NCBI GenBank assembly: GCA_010093605.1
Contig: MU004189.1
Coordinates: 1,433,834 to 1,497,833, forward strand
Origin: Lophium mytilinum
Lineage: Eukaryota
DNA length: 64,000 bases
Direction of reading: 5' to 3'
Shown here: piece after piece, positions 23,709-36,234 of the stretch
How positions within the stretch are numbered: position 1 is the stretch's first letter
Layout of the letters: each line of letters begins with the position of its first letter
Translations under genes and position numbers: made by a program
Notes under the pieces: model-generated
Databases searched by the model: none
What the model was told of the DNA's origin: nothing
Seen by the model: the letters and a program-made list of their open reading frames with translations, nothing else

Positions 23709-24591
23709 TCATATCCTCACGCCCTTACTCCTCAACACATTCACCAGACTATGTCCCGTATACCCCACCCACTCGCCCACCCCTCCCAGAAACCCACCCA
23801 CTCTCATCCCATCCTCCAACCGCGCGTCCAGGAACCGCTCTGTGTCTTTAAACCCCGTCGACTGGTCCTGCGTCATAAACACCTCGGTCGCGGAGTAAAT
23901 CGTCGCCAAGCTCGCACGCTTCGTGTACCAACTAGCATCCACCGCCGTGTCGCCCGCCAAGAACCACATCTCATCCGCCAGCCGCGCGAGCTCGGCGAGC
24001 GACGCAGGGAGGAGTGTTGGTTGCGCCATCAGCGCCAAAGCCTATAACCCCAAACGAACGAAATAGTCAGCCAATTGCTCTAATTGATGCAAAACCACTC
24101 CCAAATGCGCAATCTCCGGAATTGAGAGGAATTCTATCAGAGGATATAGAACGTACCTCCCCCCACCGCCCCACAACCCCAACCTCCGCATTCGCCCTCA
24201 ACCGCGCCAGCGCAAGCGTCCTAACCTTCTTGCCCACCCCTATCCGCGCGCCGCCCCCGGCGCTCTCGGCGGGGAACTGCACGCTGTCTTTCAGCGCCAG
24301 CCGCTGCGTCACGAGGTAGTAGTTGACCAGGTCGAACGCGCCGCGCGGGAACAGGTTCGTCGAGGCATCGAGGTAGCCGGCGTCGCGCGCGCCGAGCCGC
24401 AGGGAGGTGGATGTGAAGCCGTTCGCGGGGACGTGGGCGAGGGCTGCGGAGAGGATGGCGGATTCGGCGGGGGAGAAGGGCGGTGGGGGTGGGGAGTCGG
24501 CGGCGTGGTAGCGGCGGGTTGTGGGGGGTTTGGAGAGGGAGCGGAGGGAGGAGCGGGTGAGGGTGCGGGCGAGGCGGGTTGAGGTGGCCAT
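23709..24591 (-). CDS. COQ9: Ubiquinone biosynthesis protein Coq9, mitochondrial
   Basis: Exons 24591-24157 and 24041-23709. Arg/Ser-rich presequence; ILSAALAHVPANGF; LADEMWFLAGDTAVDASWYTKRASLATIYSATEVFMTQDQS. Confidence 0.94.
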
Positions 24592-26620
24592 TGTGTGTGT
24601 TCGTGATGGGGGAGAGGGTGGTGATGGGAGCTCGGTGGTCTGCGGAGATGTTGGGATGGGGGCGCTAGGCTGGTTTGGGAACGTGGCGAGATTATTGGTG
24701 GGAGCTTTTGTTGTTGTCTGTATGAGAGGTTGGGCTGATGTGGAAGTAGCTCATTGGGGACTTGATGCGTAGTATGGGCTGTTAGTGAAGTTGAGAGCAA
24801 TGTTTAGCTACCCACTTTAAGGATATATTTATGTATGTACATGAGTTGAGAAATTGCGTTATCATCCACACCGTAGCGGCCTTACAGTGCTACCAAAGTT
24901 AGGTAGAACGTAGAGATGTGTTCCTGAGTGATAACATTAAGCCGCACAATGACCATAAGTAGCCTCCTGGATGACCCGCTGCTCAAATATCAACGTACCA
25001 GTCAAAGAACCACATTGATCCTATTCCGCCCTTCTCGACTATCTACAACCTTGACTACATCGTTTGATCCTTCTCCACCACCTTCTGCACTTTCTAAACC
25101 TCCTTACAGTACTATGCCATAAGTCTAGGCACACGAACTAAATATCGTTCAGCTCCACTTTGCTCACTTGACACTACTAAGAGGAGTAGCCCAGTCAGCT
25201 AATAGGCGGCGAGTCACATAGCAGTCTGATTTGTACTGCCTAGAACGTGACATCACGGCCAGAGGTTTATAGCCTTATGGGGGTACCCCAAGCAGTGGCG
25301 AAGCAGTGTGTCCAGACTTGTGGCCTGTCACTGTATCAGCGCCAATCTTTCCAGCACTCAAACGGCAGAAACCAAACCCTATGAGTGGATATATAGCAAG
25401 TATCTGCGTGTAGCGGTCGTAGCTGGGTATAGATGTTGCTTCTTGATATGTGAGGATTTAAGAGAGTCTTGAAAAGGGATAGTGCCGGCCTGTAAAGGCA
25501 TCCGATCTTCCTACCGTATTGCCATCATATGCATCACAGACTTCGAGTTCTGAGACACGTGCCAGCGACTCGCCAACCAGCACAATAGTAGTCTGGCAGA
25601 TATCGACCCTCAATTACATGACGTGCATACGCCGCAACACCCCGGCGCCAGCCGACGCGGCATCAGCTTCAGGTTCCAGGCAGTCAGGCATTGATAGCAA
25701 TTTCACTCTCAAACGAGCTGAGAATAATGAGCGGGTATAATGACAGACTCGGGCTATGCTCTATGCTGTACGCCGTTATGCTGGAGGCTCTGGCCGGGAA
25801 GGCGAGTTGTTGTATCCGAGAAGTCGTCGTGGCTCGACTCATTCTCTCCATGGTGGTAAACACTGACCGAAAGGCCAGACAGTTTCGAGTCTGAGCACCA
25901 GCTTTGTCGACGCCTAGGCAGCTCGTCGTTTCGTCCTAGGAGGTATTCGCTACTCACACCACGATTCTCCTCCCAGCCTGGAGCCCATTGCGCCAGTTTC
26001 AACCTCGCAGCCACTCCGACACCATACCTCGCTAGGCTAACCAGAAGAACGTCTCGGAGATGTTGTTGTCTTCGCGTGCGTCTAGACTCGGCATATATGA
26101 GGCAGTGTAGGTTTGAATACTTCGGCTGGGTTTCGTCCCCCCCTGTTCCGCCTCCACCAATCGCCTCTGAGGCAACTTCATTCCTCCCTCTAACTCTCAT
26201 AGCATGCATCAACCGGCTGCAAAACACGTTCAACCGAGCCGCTGACGGCGATCGAACAATGGTGAGTCTCTCTCATTCAGGAGCCGCCCTCATGCGGCCG
26301 ACACTCTGCCAACCTCCGTCAAACATGCATCGATCAGGCCCGCGTCATGGACAACAGCCGGAGCATAAATTTTATATAAGGCATCACCATGCCTCCTCTT
26401 CGTTTTGGTATCCATCTGCATCTTTGTCTCCAAAAGTCCTTCGTTCAGTTCTTGAGCTCTTTCTTCTTTTCGTTCCCTACATTCTCTTCTATTCATCGTT
26501 CCTGGAGAAACGAATTCGGCCGGTCCTTACTTTTAGTACATAAAGCATCTTATTCCCTAACGTACACTCCTTCAATCTCCTGGGAACCGTTTCTGGATTT
26601 CTATCACGAGGCATACGAAA

Positions 26621-27854
26621 ATGAAGTATCAGATCCTCTACAGTCTCCCGCTGCTACTTGGAGCAGTCACTGCCAGGCCAGTGGGACTCGAGGGTATCGT
26701 TATGAAGCGAGAGGTGCCGCAGGAGCACTCTCACAACGCACAGGTCGCGAGTGTCAACACAAACCTTAAGTTGAACAACCCAGACAATATCCAAGATGCC
26801 ATCTTCGGTCTTCTAGGCAATGCTGCTGGAGCTGCTGGACAGGGCGATATCACTGATACTGGTGGGCTATGAGTTCCTCCCTCTCCACTCTCTTCATGCT
26901 AACACTTTCCAATAAGACTGCCTCCAACAAGCAACCGCCGACCAAGCCTTCACCAACGCTAAAGCCGCCGGCGACGTCCAAGGCATGACCGACGCCCTAA
27001 TCTACCGTGGCCTCGAACGCAATACGGGTAGCGTCGGCCTCGCCAGCGTTCTTTGCACCTCCGTCAAAGCCGTCAACCCCGAAATCGCCGCGATCTCCCA
27101 GCACCAAGATCCGGCTTCCACTGGCGCCGCCGCAACTAACAAGGCCATCACCCTCGAAATCGCTAAGCAGATCGCCTCCATTGGCGGTAACGCCCAGGAC
27201 GCTCTCAAGGCCGGCACCTTTGCTCCAGGACAGATCGGTGACCCCACAGCCGCGGGCCATACCTGTGATACCGCAGACGACACCGCAGGTTGCATATTTA
27301 GCCAGAACCTCCTTGTCGAAGACGCCACGGCCGATGAGATCACCGCGGCCGTCGCGGGTATCGCTGCTGGTGGTGCGGCGCCCGCCGCTGCTGGCAATAG
27401 CACTACAGCGTGCCCTGCGACCACGGCTACTAATCAGACTACCCCCGCTACTACAGCATCAGCAGTGCCTGCTGCATCGTCTACACCTGCGGCTACGGCG
27501 GGAACCTCGAACCTCGATCTAGGCTCTTGCTCTAACCCGACTATCGTGTTTGGCCCTGGATTCGACGGCCGCAAGGAGGACTCTTTCGAGCCCGCTGATA
27601 CCGCCACTTTCACGCATGGGTCGGCGCTGAACATCAAGGTGATCTCGGACTTTATTTGCCAGCAGCTTGATACGAAGTGTAAGGCCGGACAGGACGCTCT
27701 TGATGCCTGCACAAAGGCTCAGACGGCTGCGGCTGCGGCGACAGGACAGGCTGCGGCGGATGCATTTAATGCTGCGCTGGGCTTTGGGGCTGCGAAGATG
27801 AAGCGGGCTCCGAGAGCTCCAACGATGGGTCAAGCTCGTCGTCTTCTTGTCTAA
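26621..27854 (+). CDS. Secreted Cys-containing two-domain fungal protein of unknown function
   Basis: Signal peptide MKYQILYSLPLLLGAVTA; Kex2-type KR before EVPQEHSH; intron 26862-26916; Ala/Thr linker; C-terminal Cys-rich domain (LGSCSNPTIVFGPGFDGRKE...FICQQL..KCKA). Confidence 0.88.
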
Positions 27855-28194
27855 GGGATGGAGAAATCCAGAGTATAGAAAATGCTCGGGGGGGCGATGA
27901 TAACGGGCTATCGAAAGAGGAACGAAGTCGGTTTCGCACCGTATCAGATGGAGGATGATGGAAGTAGCTTGATGGATCTTGGCTTTGGATATGTGACGCT
28001 AGTATGTACAAATATTGGAACAACTGATGCAAAAATGATTTCCATGAGACAGACGAGCACAATGCGTGGTTCGAGTGACGCCAAAGATGCATATGATCAA
28101 GGAAATACCTTTCATACTGCTGAGCTTCCTGGTGACTGCATTGCATTTAGAGCGGGAATCTAAAGCTACTAGGCGCCATCCTCATCATTTTCGT

Positions 28195-29225
28195 TCATCC
28201 TTGTCGTGTTGGTGTATTCTCATAGTCTTCGTCGTCTTCGTCGTCTTCGTCGTCTTCGTCGTCTTCGTCGTCTTCGTCTTCCAAACCATCAGTGCCCTTC
28301 AAGAAAGGTCCGAAATACCTCTCTTCGACCTCCGACAAAACCAGACCCAGCTCTTTGATCCGTGCAACGGCGTCTCCTGCTCTTCTACATTGGGATGATG
28401 GAACTCCTCAGCCTGCCAACCTGGCGGTGGCTCTACACTTACGTACGGTATCCCCGAATACCTGTCTTGATCATCTTGCTTCACCGCATCATCCGTTCGC
28501 CGTATAACCTCGCCCACAAACTCGTCATAACTCGCAAAGTCAGCCGGATCCACCACCACGCTCTCGAAGCTGCGATGTTGGAATGTATGCAGACGACCGG
28601 CGTCAAAGAAGCCTTTAACCCGCTGGTACTCCCTGAGTCCCGACTCCAAACTGGCCCGTTGCGTACGCAGCCAGCGTCGCTGTCCACCCTCCTCCGTATC
28701 GAACTTCGCTATCTCATCATCTATCCCCTTGATCTTAGCTTCTGCCTCTAATGCATCAAACTCCGTCAATGCTTCGTCGAAGAAACTGCAGTAGTTCGTG
28801 CAAGCGATAATGCGCTTAGTCACGAAGTCGGTAAATATGAAGCCGTACTCGTTCGGACAAAGCTTGTTATTAAAGGGCGCGTAGAAACCTGACATTGGAA
28901 ACTTGTGACTTCCGGACTCTTCGTTGCGCTCATGGTCCTCTTTCAATTCTAGCCATTCTTCTATCGACGCGTGCACTGCCTCTGGCTTCTCGGCGAGGAA
29001 GGCGTCGTTGGTCGTGATTAGGGGGAAGATGTTGGTCCAGCGGGTCATGCGGTATTCTTGCCCTGTGGAGAGGCGGAGGGCCCAGGCGATTGCTCCGCCC
29101 TTTTTGATTCTAGTGGCGCTGAATGAACGAAATGGAGAGTTGCGGAGATAGGAGACAGGTTTTTGGAAGCGCGTGAGTACCAACCGGCGCGTAGTAAAAG
29201 CCAGGATTTTGGGGCATGATGCCAT
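28195..29225 (-). pseudogene. Intronless orphan gene with mitochondrial-type presequence and an apparent -1 frameshift near 28375-28405
   Basis: ATG at 29225; the ORF stops at 28299, but the shifted frame continues as AGDAVARIKELGLVLSEVEERYFGPFLKGTDGL(EDD)nYENTPTRQG* to 28195. Confidence 0.55.
28225..28281. repeat. 9-bp tandem repeat (GTCTTCGTC)x6
   Basis: Directly visible; encodes poly-EDD on the minus strand. Confidence 0.95.
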
Positions 29226-30036
29226 AGTTGTGATTCTTGCAGATGTTACTGTCAAGAAAGAAAGCGGATTGACTGTACATGTATGTGCTGAACCCTCACC
29301 GGGAAGCATGCACGGTTGAAACCGGGGTAAAGACACTAGGATACTTTTATAATAAAGAAGTGCTCAAATCGAGCAGTATAACATTTGGGAACACACATAG
29401 CTAAGATACCAATTCAAGAGTGAAGCTGTTCGTCTCTTCTGTGACCGTCAAACGGACGTCGTGTGTTCTACGTAAGGTTGTCAAGACCCTGAAAGTGGAG
29501 ATGGAGTAGGCCTCTAATTGGCTCATAAAGGCAGCCTTGGAAAAGCATACTTCGGTTGCTATGAAGACAACCGCGGTTGCAGAGTTATGTATGTATGAAT
29601 GAATGTAGATTCAAGCAGAACAGGCGAACCTCCCTTGATGTGCTCAGCTCCGCATCTGTACCTTGCTCACGGAGATTGAAGGAGGAGAGGAAGGTGACAC
29701 CCGTGACCTCGTCCGCTTGGACATCTCGGCGGCCGCTGCAGGGCAATTCCGTGAATTAATTATCAAGTCCAAACACGCACGAGTCCGTGTCGTTTCAACA
29801 AGACCCGTCTAAGGCTCGCAACCTGCCCTCACCGTCGCCATCACCATACACCATATTCACCAGACGCCTCCGCTGCTCGCGCTGATCGTCCGCCAAGAGC
29901 CATAGCCACCTGTCCCAACTCCAGGGGTTGGTTCACTCAGACTTTCTATTCTTAGCTGCTGGCAACGTCGCAAAACGCCTCCAAACTGTAGTGCCAGTAT
30001 TCCACCATTGCACCGCAACCAGTCGACGATACTATC

Positions 30037-32060
30037 ATGTCTGCGACAACTGCAGCAAAGAAACCGCCGCCGCCTGGGCGTGCCAACACCCAGACGACCC
30101 CAGGGGCCCCAAGCCGGAGTCCGTCCCGCACCTCTACACCTGCAGCATCGACAAACGGCGTTGCCCGCACGAGATCGATTCGGAGCGGTAATGGCACGCC
30201 CTTGTCTGCGCGCGCGTCCGTCAAGAAGCCCGGCGCTCCGTCGGGTCTGAGCCAGACCGCCTCTACAGCATCGCAGGACGGTGCCGATGAGGAGGCTCGC
30301 GAGGAGACAGCAGCGCTTATTTACGAGCTGAAGGAGCGCCTTCAGAAGGCAGAGTCGGCGTCTGAAGAGTACCAGAAGCAGATTGAAGTCTTACATGCGC
30401 GGCTAGACGATGCGGTGAAGGACCAGGCTCGGCTCGAGGAGCGAGTGCATGAGGAAGAAGAGCGAGTGGAGGGGTTGGAGAATGGGAAGCGGGAGTCTAT
30501 AAGGCAGCACCGGGAGTTCGAAGCCATATACGAGGCCGAGCGAACGGCGTCTATGAAGGACAAGGAAGACGCACAATCGAGGGAGGAAGCGTTGCACGAG
30601 ACTGTCCAACGGCTGAAAGAGGCGGTTGCTATGAAAGATCTACGTTCCGGCGAGGGAGAAGAAGGCCGACTCTCGAGGGCATGTAAGTATATATGTTTGA
30701 TGCGAGGTTTCCACGTGAAGCCTGTCACTGACTTTTTGCAGCGAGTTTCCGAAGCAACTCTCGAAACAGCTCTTCTCACCATCTGGAGAGCAGCGGCCAA
30801 TTTGCCCCTCCAGCGTCACTCCAGCGAAGCAACTCCAAGAACAACTCTAAGCTCATACACCAGAAGGACAAGGTCATAGAAGGACTCAGGCTGGAACTCG
30901 CGGAGGTCCAAATAAAGCTGGTAGAGATGGAGAACCAAGGTGGAGGACGTATGCAAGAGCTTGAGAGGACTCTCTTGGAGACTCGCATGACCAATGCTCG
31001 CCTCATGGAAGACAATGAAAGCTTTCAGCTTCTACTGAGCGAGAAGACTCTGAACGGTGATTTCACTAGGGATTTCATGCGTCCAGCTGCAACGGAGGAA
31101 CGCGCCCCATCACGAAACGGACCTTCTACCAGTCTCGCGGACGAGTTAGAATCGGCAGATGGCGCAGAGGCCGATGCCATCCGTCGCCTCGAATCAGAGG
31201 TCAACAGCGCGAAGGACCAGAACAAGGCTCTGACGCTATATATCAACAAGATCATCGAGAGACTGCTCCAGCACCAAGGGTTCGAGTCAATTCTCAACAA
31301 CACCGATCTTGAGTCTGATACGGGGGCTGGAGCCATCAATACGAACAAGGAGCTTCCACCACCTCCTCCACCCAAGGAAGAGGGCCCATCGCTCCTTCAA
31401 CGAGCCAAGTCTGTTGCCATTGGAGCCGGGCGAACCCGACCACGACCTGCCAGCCACATGCCTCCACCAAGTGCCCCTACTGTTACAGAGGACCCAATGA
31501 CAGCGCCCAGCATTCCTCTACAGCGATCCCAGAGCTATAGAATGAGCAGCGGCAGCTATCACCGCCGCAGCAACTCGGATTGGGGGAACTCAGCAGCGTC
31601 TGTTGTCAACAATATGCACCGCGCTCCACCGCCGGTATCCGGCCAGATCAGCCCCGGCATCGCGTCTCCGCGAAACTCGTTCTTTGGGTTTCCAGTGGCC
31701 ACCCCCCAGAATCAGAACGCCGCAGCGGCAGCTCGCATCCCTTCGGGACCTCAGAGCCGCGCTAGCATTGACGAGTCACGGGCTAGCAACAACACCCTCG
31801 ACAACATCAGCAACGCCGACTCGGGCATCAACATTGACACGCCATCTCCACCGCGTAGCGTTGCGAGCTCCTTTGATCGCCAGGCTGGAGGGGTCATGAC
31901 CGGGAACAAGATGCGTCCGCTACGGCTTGTACAAGAAACCGCCGAAGAAGAGGAAGCCCAGCGCCAAAAGCTCAAGGCGAACCGGACCAGCTGGATCGGG
32001 GGCTGGTTCAACAAGGGGGCCTCGCCAGGCGACGAGAATGTTGGAAACCCTAACCAGTAG
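30037..32060 (+). CDS. Conserved fungal coiled-coil protein with a Rab11-FIP-RBD-like motif
   Basis: Exons 30037-30682 and 30742-32060 (GTAAGT...ACTGAC...CAG); long heptad regions; KDQNKALTLYINKIIERLL; C-terminal MRPLRLVQE...NRTSWIGGWF. Confidence 0.85.
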
Positions 32061-32875
32061 CCGATATGCCGATTCATGGGTCGAAACGTTTCTGCTTTAC
32101 TTTCTAGACTGTGTTTCACCTTGTTTGGACTCTGATGTCTGCCATAATGTAGGTTGGGTACGATATGCTGGCTGGACAGGCGTTTCGGATTGCACATGTG
32201 GTCATGAGAGTGGGGCGGGTGTCGGTGGTGCTTTTTGCTCTGATGTTCTCCTCTTCAAACTGTAGAGACTGTAGCCATGCGAGGAGCGCCTGTGGTGGCA
32301 CTGTCACTTATGCCAATGCTATCAAATTCATTCGATCTTTGTGCCCTGAGTTTGCGATCAAAATGTGGTACGAGAACTAGTGTTGTTATATCATGAGCAG
32401 AACACGCATTGAACACGGCGGCTTCACAGCGATCCGGAAATAAAATCTGGAGGTGGTCCAATCCCAGCGGTCGTCCCATCTGCCAATAGCGTCTAGTAGA
32501 GATCTGCATTGCCCAATGAAGCGACTGGCGCGTCGTCGTGTTTACGCGCTTATGGGTCTTTGTTGTCGAACAGACATGCGTTGACGATTCGCATTTGCAC
32601 AGTCACGAATCGGACTGCTAGGAGTACTGCACTGCATTGATAGCAACGCCAGAAGGGATGCCCGTGTACAATCATTGTGAAGCATCAGGGCCCCCGTGGC
32701 GATCCGAGTGAAACCTTACTTAGCGTCCCGTGCCTTCACTCACCCATCCCGCGCCTACTCGAACCGTGCACTTCCCCAACCTTCTCCAGCTCCAAACCTC
32801 ACACCACATCGTCCCTCTCCCGAGCCTGGCTACACCTGCTATCTCTCTGCGACATGCCTGGATGATTTCTCCATC

Positions 32876-34693
32876 ATGTCGTCCTCGACTACCCCCTCAA
32901 CGTCGGCAACTTCGTCATCGGTGAAGCCGGGGGTCCTCCGCCGCTCCTTCACCGTCCCCGCCAAGGTTCCAAGTCGGTCAAAGCCTACTACCTCGGACTC
33001 GGATAGCGATGGTGGCATAGAAACGCTATTCACGCATACCTTCGCGAAGATCGTATCCTTCTCAACTGCCCTTGATCCTTCTAGACCGCCTACCGCGAAT
33101 GGAAGGCGGCCGAGCGTGAGCGTGCAGCTCGATGGCGACGCTCCAGGATCTATCCCTTGGGAATCAGTTACCGAGAGGACTCTTGCAGCTGGTATGCTTC
33201 CGCTTCAGCTTCCCTAGCTGGTTCTTAGCTAACAAGTATCATTAGGCCCTGTACGAATCTACCGCGTGACCGCATCCAACGTATCCTTCCTTAACTCCGG
33301 ACGACTACTCCATACCATATTTCCCAAGTCGCAATGCTGGTGTGTAGACGGCGAGTGCAAATTTGTGCTCAGAGTACGACAGGACTCGTACTACCGGATT
33401 GAACTACCTTGTGCTACCGACGAGGACAAGGCGAAGGTGCAAGACTTCAAGATTGTGCTAGCAAAGGTCCTGCAATATGAGAAGACCGTTAGTCCCTTTA
33501 AGATAGGCCTCGAGGTCCAGATGCCTGAGCAGCCTGATGTGCCAATTCCTAAACAGCCACGAAAGCCTGCGGAAAAGGCTAAGAAGTGGGTGCTCGACAA
33601 GAACTGGGTCCCGGAAGATGACTCGAAACCTATTGTAGACGCATCAGAGTCTGCTATATCTTCTTCGTATGATGACGACGATCGAGTTAGCTTAAAGACG
33701 AATAGAGAAAGGAGAGAGACTTCCGAGTCACCGCTACCACGAACAGAGATTGCTCCTCCGTTATCGGCAATGAGGAACATGAAGCTCACGACCCCTCCGT
33801 CTGTGCCGCAGCGGGCGAAGACTTTCATGACCTCTAGGTCGATCACAGCTCCCCCGCGATTCGGCTTAGGACAATCGTCACCGTTGGTAAGGAGGAGGAT
33901 AGTAGGACATCTTGCAATTCCAGAAACAGAGGCTGAAGACGTGGAGAATATTGAGGATGCAATCAGTCGTACTTCAAGTGTCGACTCGTTCTATTCCTTA
34001 GCAAATACTCAATCTCCCACACCGACACCCCCATTCGAGGATGCTACGTCTCTGATAGAGAGCAATCCATGGGCTCAGGGTGAGGACGAAGAAGAGCCGC
34101 AATGGCGGAGAGGTCGTCATCGCCGCCGAATATCAGAGCTCACTGTGACGGCTCACTCCAGGACACATTCGGAGGAGCGTCTGCCTTCCACGCCTACAAA
34201 CAGCGGTGAATCCAAGTCTGCGCCATCGACTCCTCCACTCATGAGCGACTCCGACGACAGCTTCGAGCCACCACTGCCAGACGTGCCGACACCGCCTGAC
34301 GCTATCAGGCTAAAGAAGCTGACGGGCGCCTCACAGCGCCGAGCTTACTCTCCCATGCCGCATCCACAGAACCTCTTCAACCCCCAATCACATGCCCCTC
34401 AGCAGCAGTTCACAGCTGCATTAGTGCAGAAAACCTGCCAATTGCTGCTCGGGCCGCCCGCACACCTGGTGGCGCTGATGCTCCGAATTGCAGCGCATAT
34501 CTCCAATGGAGCGTTTGGCTTCGGCACATACCGCGTGCATCAAGACACGGAACGGATTCCCTGCTCATGGGAATCGAGTGACGACGGTGACAACTGGGCT
34601 GAGGATGACTTCGGCATTCCCCTGGGCCATCTAGAACCGTCCGGGTTGAGGAGGAGAGAGCCGTCGGCACATGGTGGCTGGGAGGTTGACTGA
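32876..34693 (+). CDS. INP1: Inheritance of peroxisomes protein 1
   Basis: Exons 32876-33191 and 33246-34693. ETLFTHTFAKIVSF, IPWESVTERTLAAGPVRIYRV, FLNSG..LHTIFPKSQCWCVDGECKFVLRV...YYRIELP match my recall of the Inp1 domain. Confidence 0.85.
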
Positions 34694-36234
34694 TGCTATT
34701 TTTTTCGGAGTTTCTTTTGCATATTGTGATACCACTGGCGCAGCAACATTTATCCTCACAGCCTTGGCTAGGTCTAGTTTATTGGGAACGGGAACGGGAA
34801 CGATGGGGCCGTATTCATGGTGTTGGCAAGGGAAGGGGTTCGCAGACGCAGCGTTGTCTTGCTTTGTGCTTTCTGGGATGATGCCGAGCATGGAAAGTTT
34901 ACAGGCTACACGTTATCTTGGAGTTACGATATCTAGGGGATGCTAGTTTTCGCCAGTCTCATCCCCATCACGCAGGTAGAACCTAACGTGCGTCTATCTC
35001 ATTGGACTTTGTTCAACACCCCTCTGCAGACATGTAGTGACGTTGAGCCAATCCCATAGCCGCTTCCTCCCGAGAGGCTTCCGCTTCCCGTATGCAAGTC
35101 ATGCTCTCCCTGCGTGAACCTCATCGTCCTCCAGGTTCGTGCAGATGATTAGGACGGGTCCCCAAAACCCGGCGGGGTCAGCAAGCAACCTACAAGGCAA
35201 AAAGGCAAGATGGCACGTCGAGGTCATCGAACACATGCTTTACCTCTATTCCTTGGCTGTAGGCAGTGTGGACGGTTCTGAAGTTCACTGGCGGTGAGGG
35301 GTTCGTTGATACGAGGAGCTAGACGCAGGGCTGTGTCGAAAGCGCAGGACGGGCCATCTCACCATGTCAGCTCTGGCAGACCGGCGCGTCGCATCAGCGC
35401 TGGATGGATGGAGGGCTGCGCGGTGCAGGCCGTGGGAGACGGTGAAGTCTTGTTTCCGCAGTGACGATGATTCTGGGGATTTGTGAGGGAGATGGGATGT
35501 GATGTGACGGGTGGTGTGATTCCCAGCCTCCAGTTTATGCGCTGGACAACACGAGTCTCTATACTATCTTTGGAATACTCAATATTGACCTATTCGGTAT
35601 TCGATATAGATCTATCCTCTTCGATGCTCGGTCATGCTGATTTCGCCTCTTCACAAGAGCCGCTCGAAGGCGATCTCCCGCGAAGTTTTCCTGACAGCCC
35701 ACCTGGGCAGAGCTGAGGCGCGCAACATTCGCCCAGCAAGCTTACTGTCGCCGCTATCGCCAGGGTCGGTCGGCGATGTGCTGCATGCCCAGATGGGTGG
35801 CTGGATGCGGGCAAGAGGTGGTGTGGCAGGGACTAGACCTGTTCCCAAAAAGAATCAAGGTTGGTGATGGTGTAGAGTACCAGCCTTCGCGCTCCCAGCC
35901 CCCCCCCCTTCGAACCCCCCTTCTTCTCAGCCAGCCGGCGTTGCCGTTGGTCGCCAGGCCCACTGATCTCCGCCAAGTCGTGAGAACAGGACGCATGTCC
36001 ACCGATGTTTGGACGAAATGGAGGAGGTGAGGAGGGGGTTGTGGCGTGGCTGGGAGCTATATGAGGATGGGACCCGCCCCGCGACGCCGTGTTGTGAGGA
36101 TATTCGACGAACTCGTGAGCTTTCTTGCTTCTCCCATATCTTTGTTATTGTGTCTCACAGAGTGACTCTCAATTACGATATCCTATTCATCTGAACATTC
36201 TTCAGGTGTTGAGTGTCGTCTCACATCAATCATT

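Noticed and set aside
28066..28398. Plus-strand ORF with (VFV)n apparent membrane helix; repeat also considered as CRISPR
   Set aside because: Antisense reading of the 9-bp microsatellite; no spacers, and the genome is eukaryotic.
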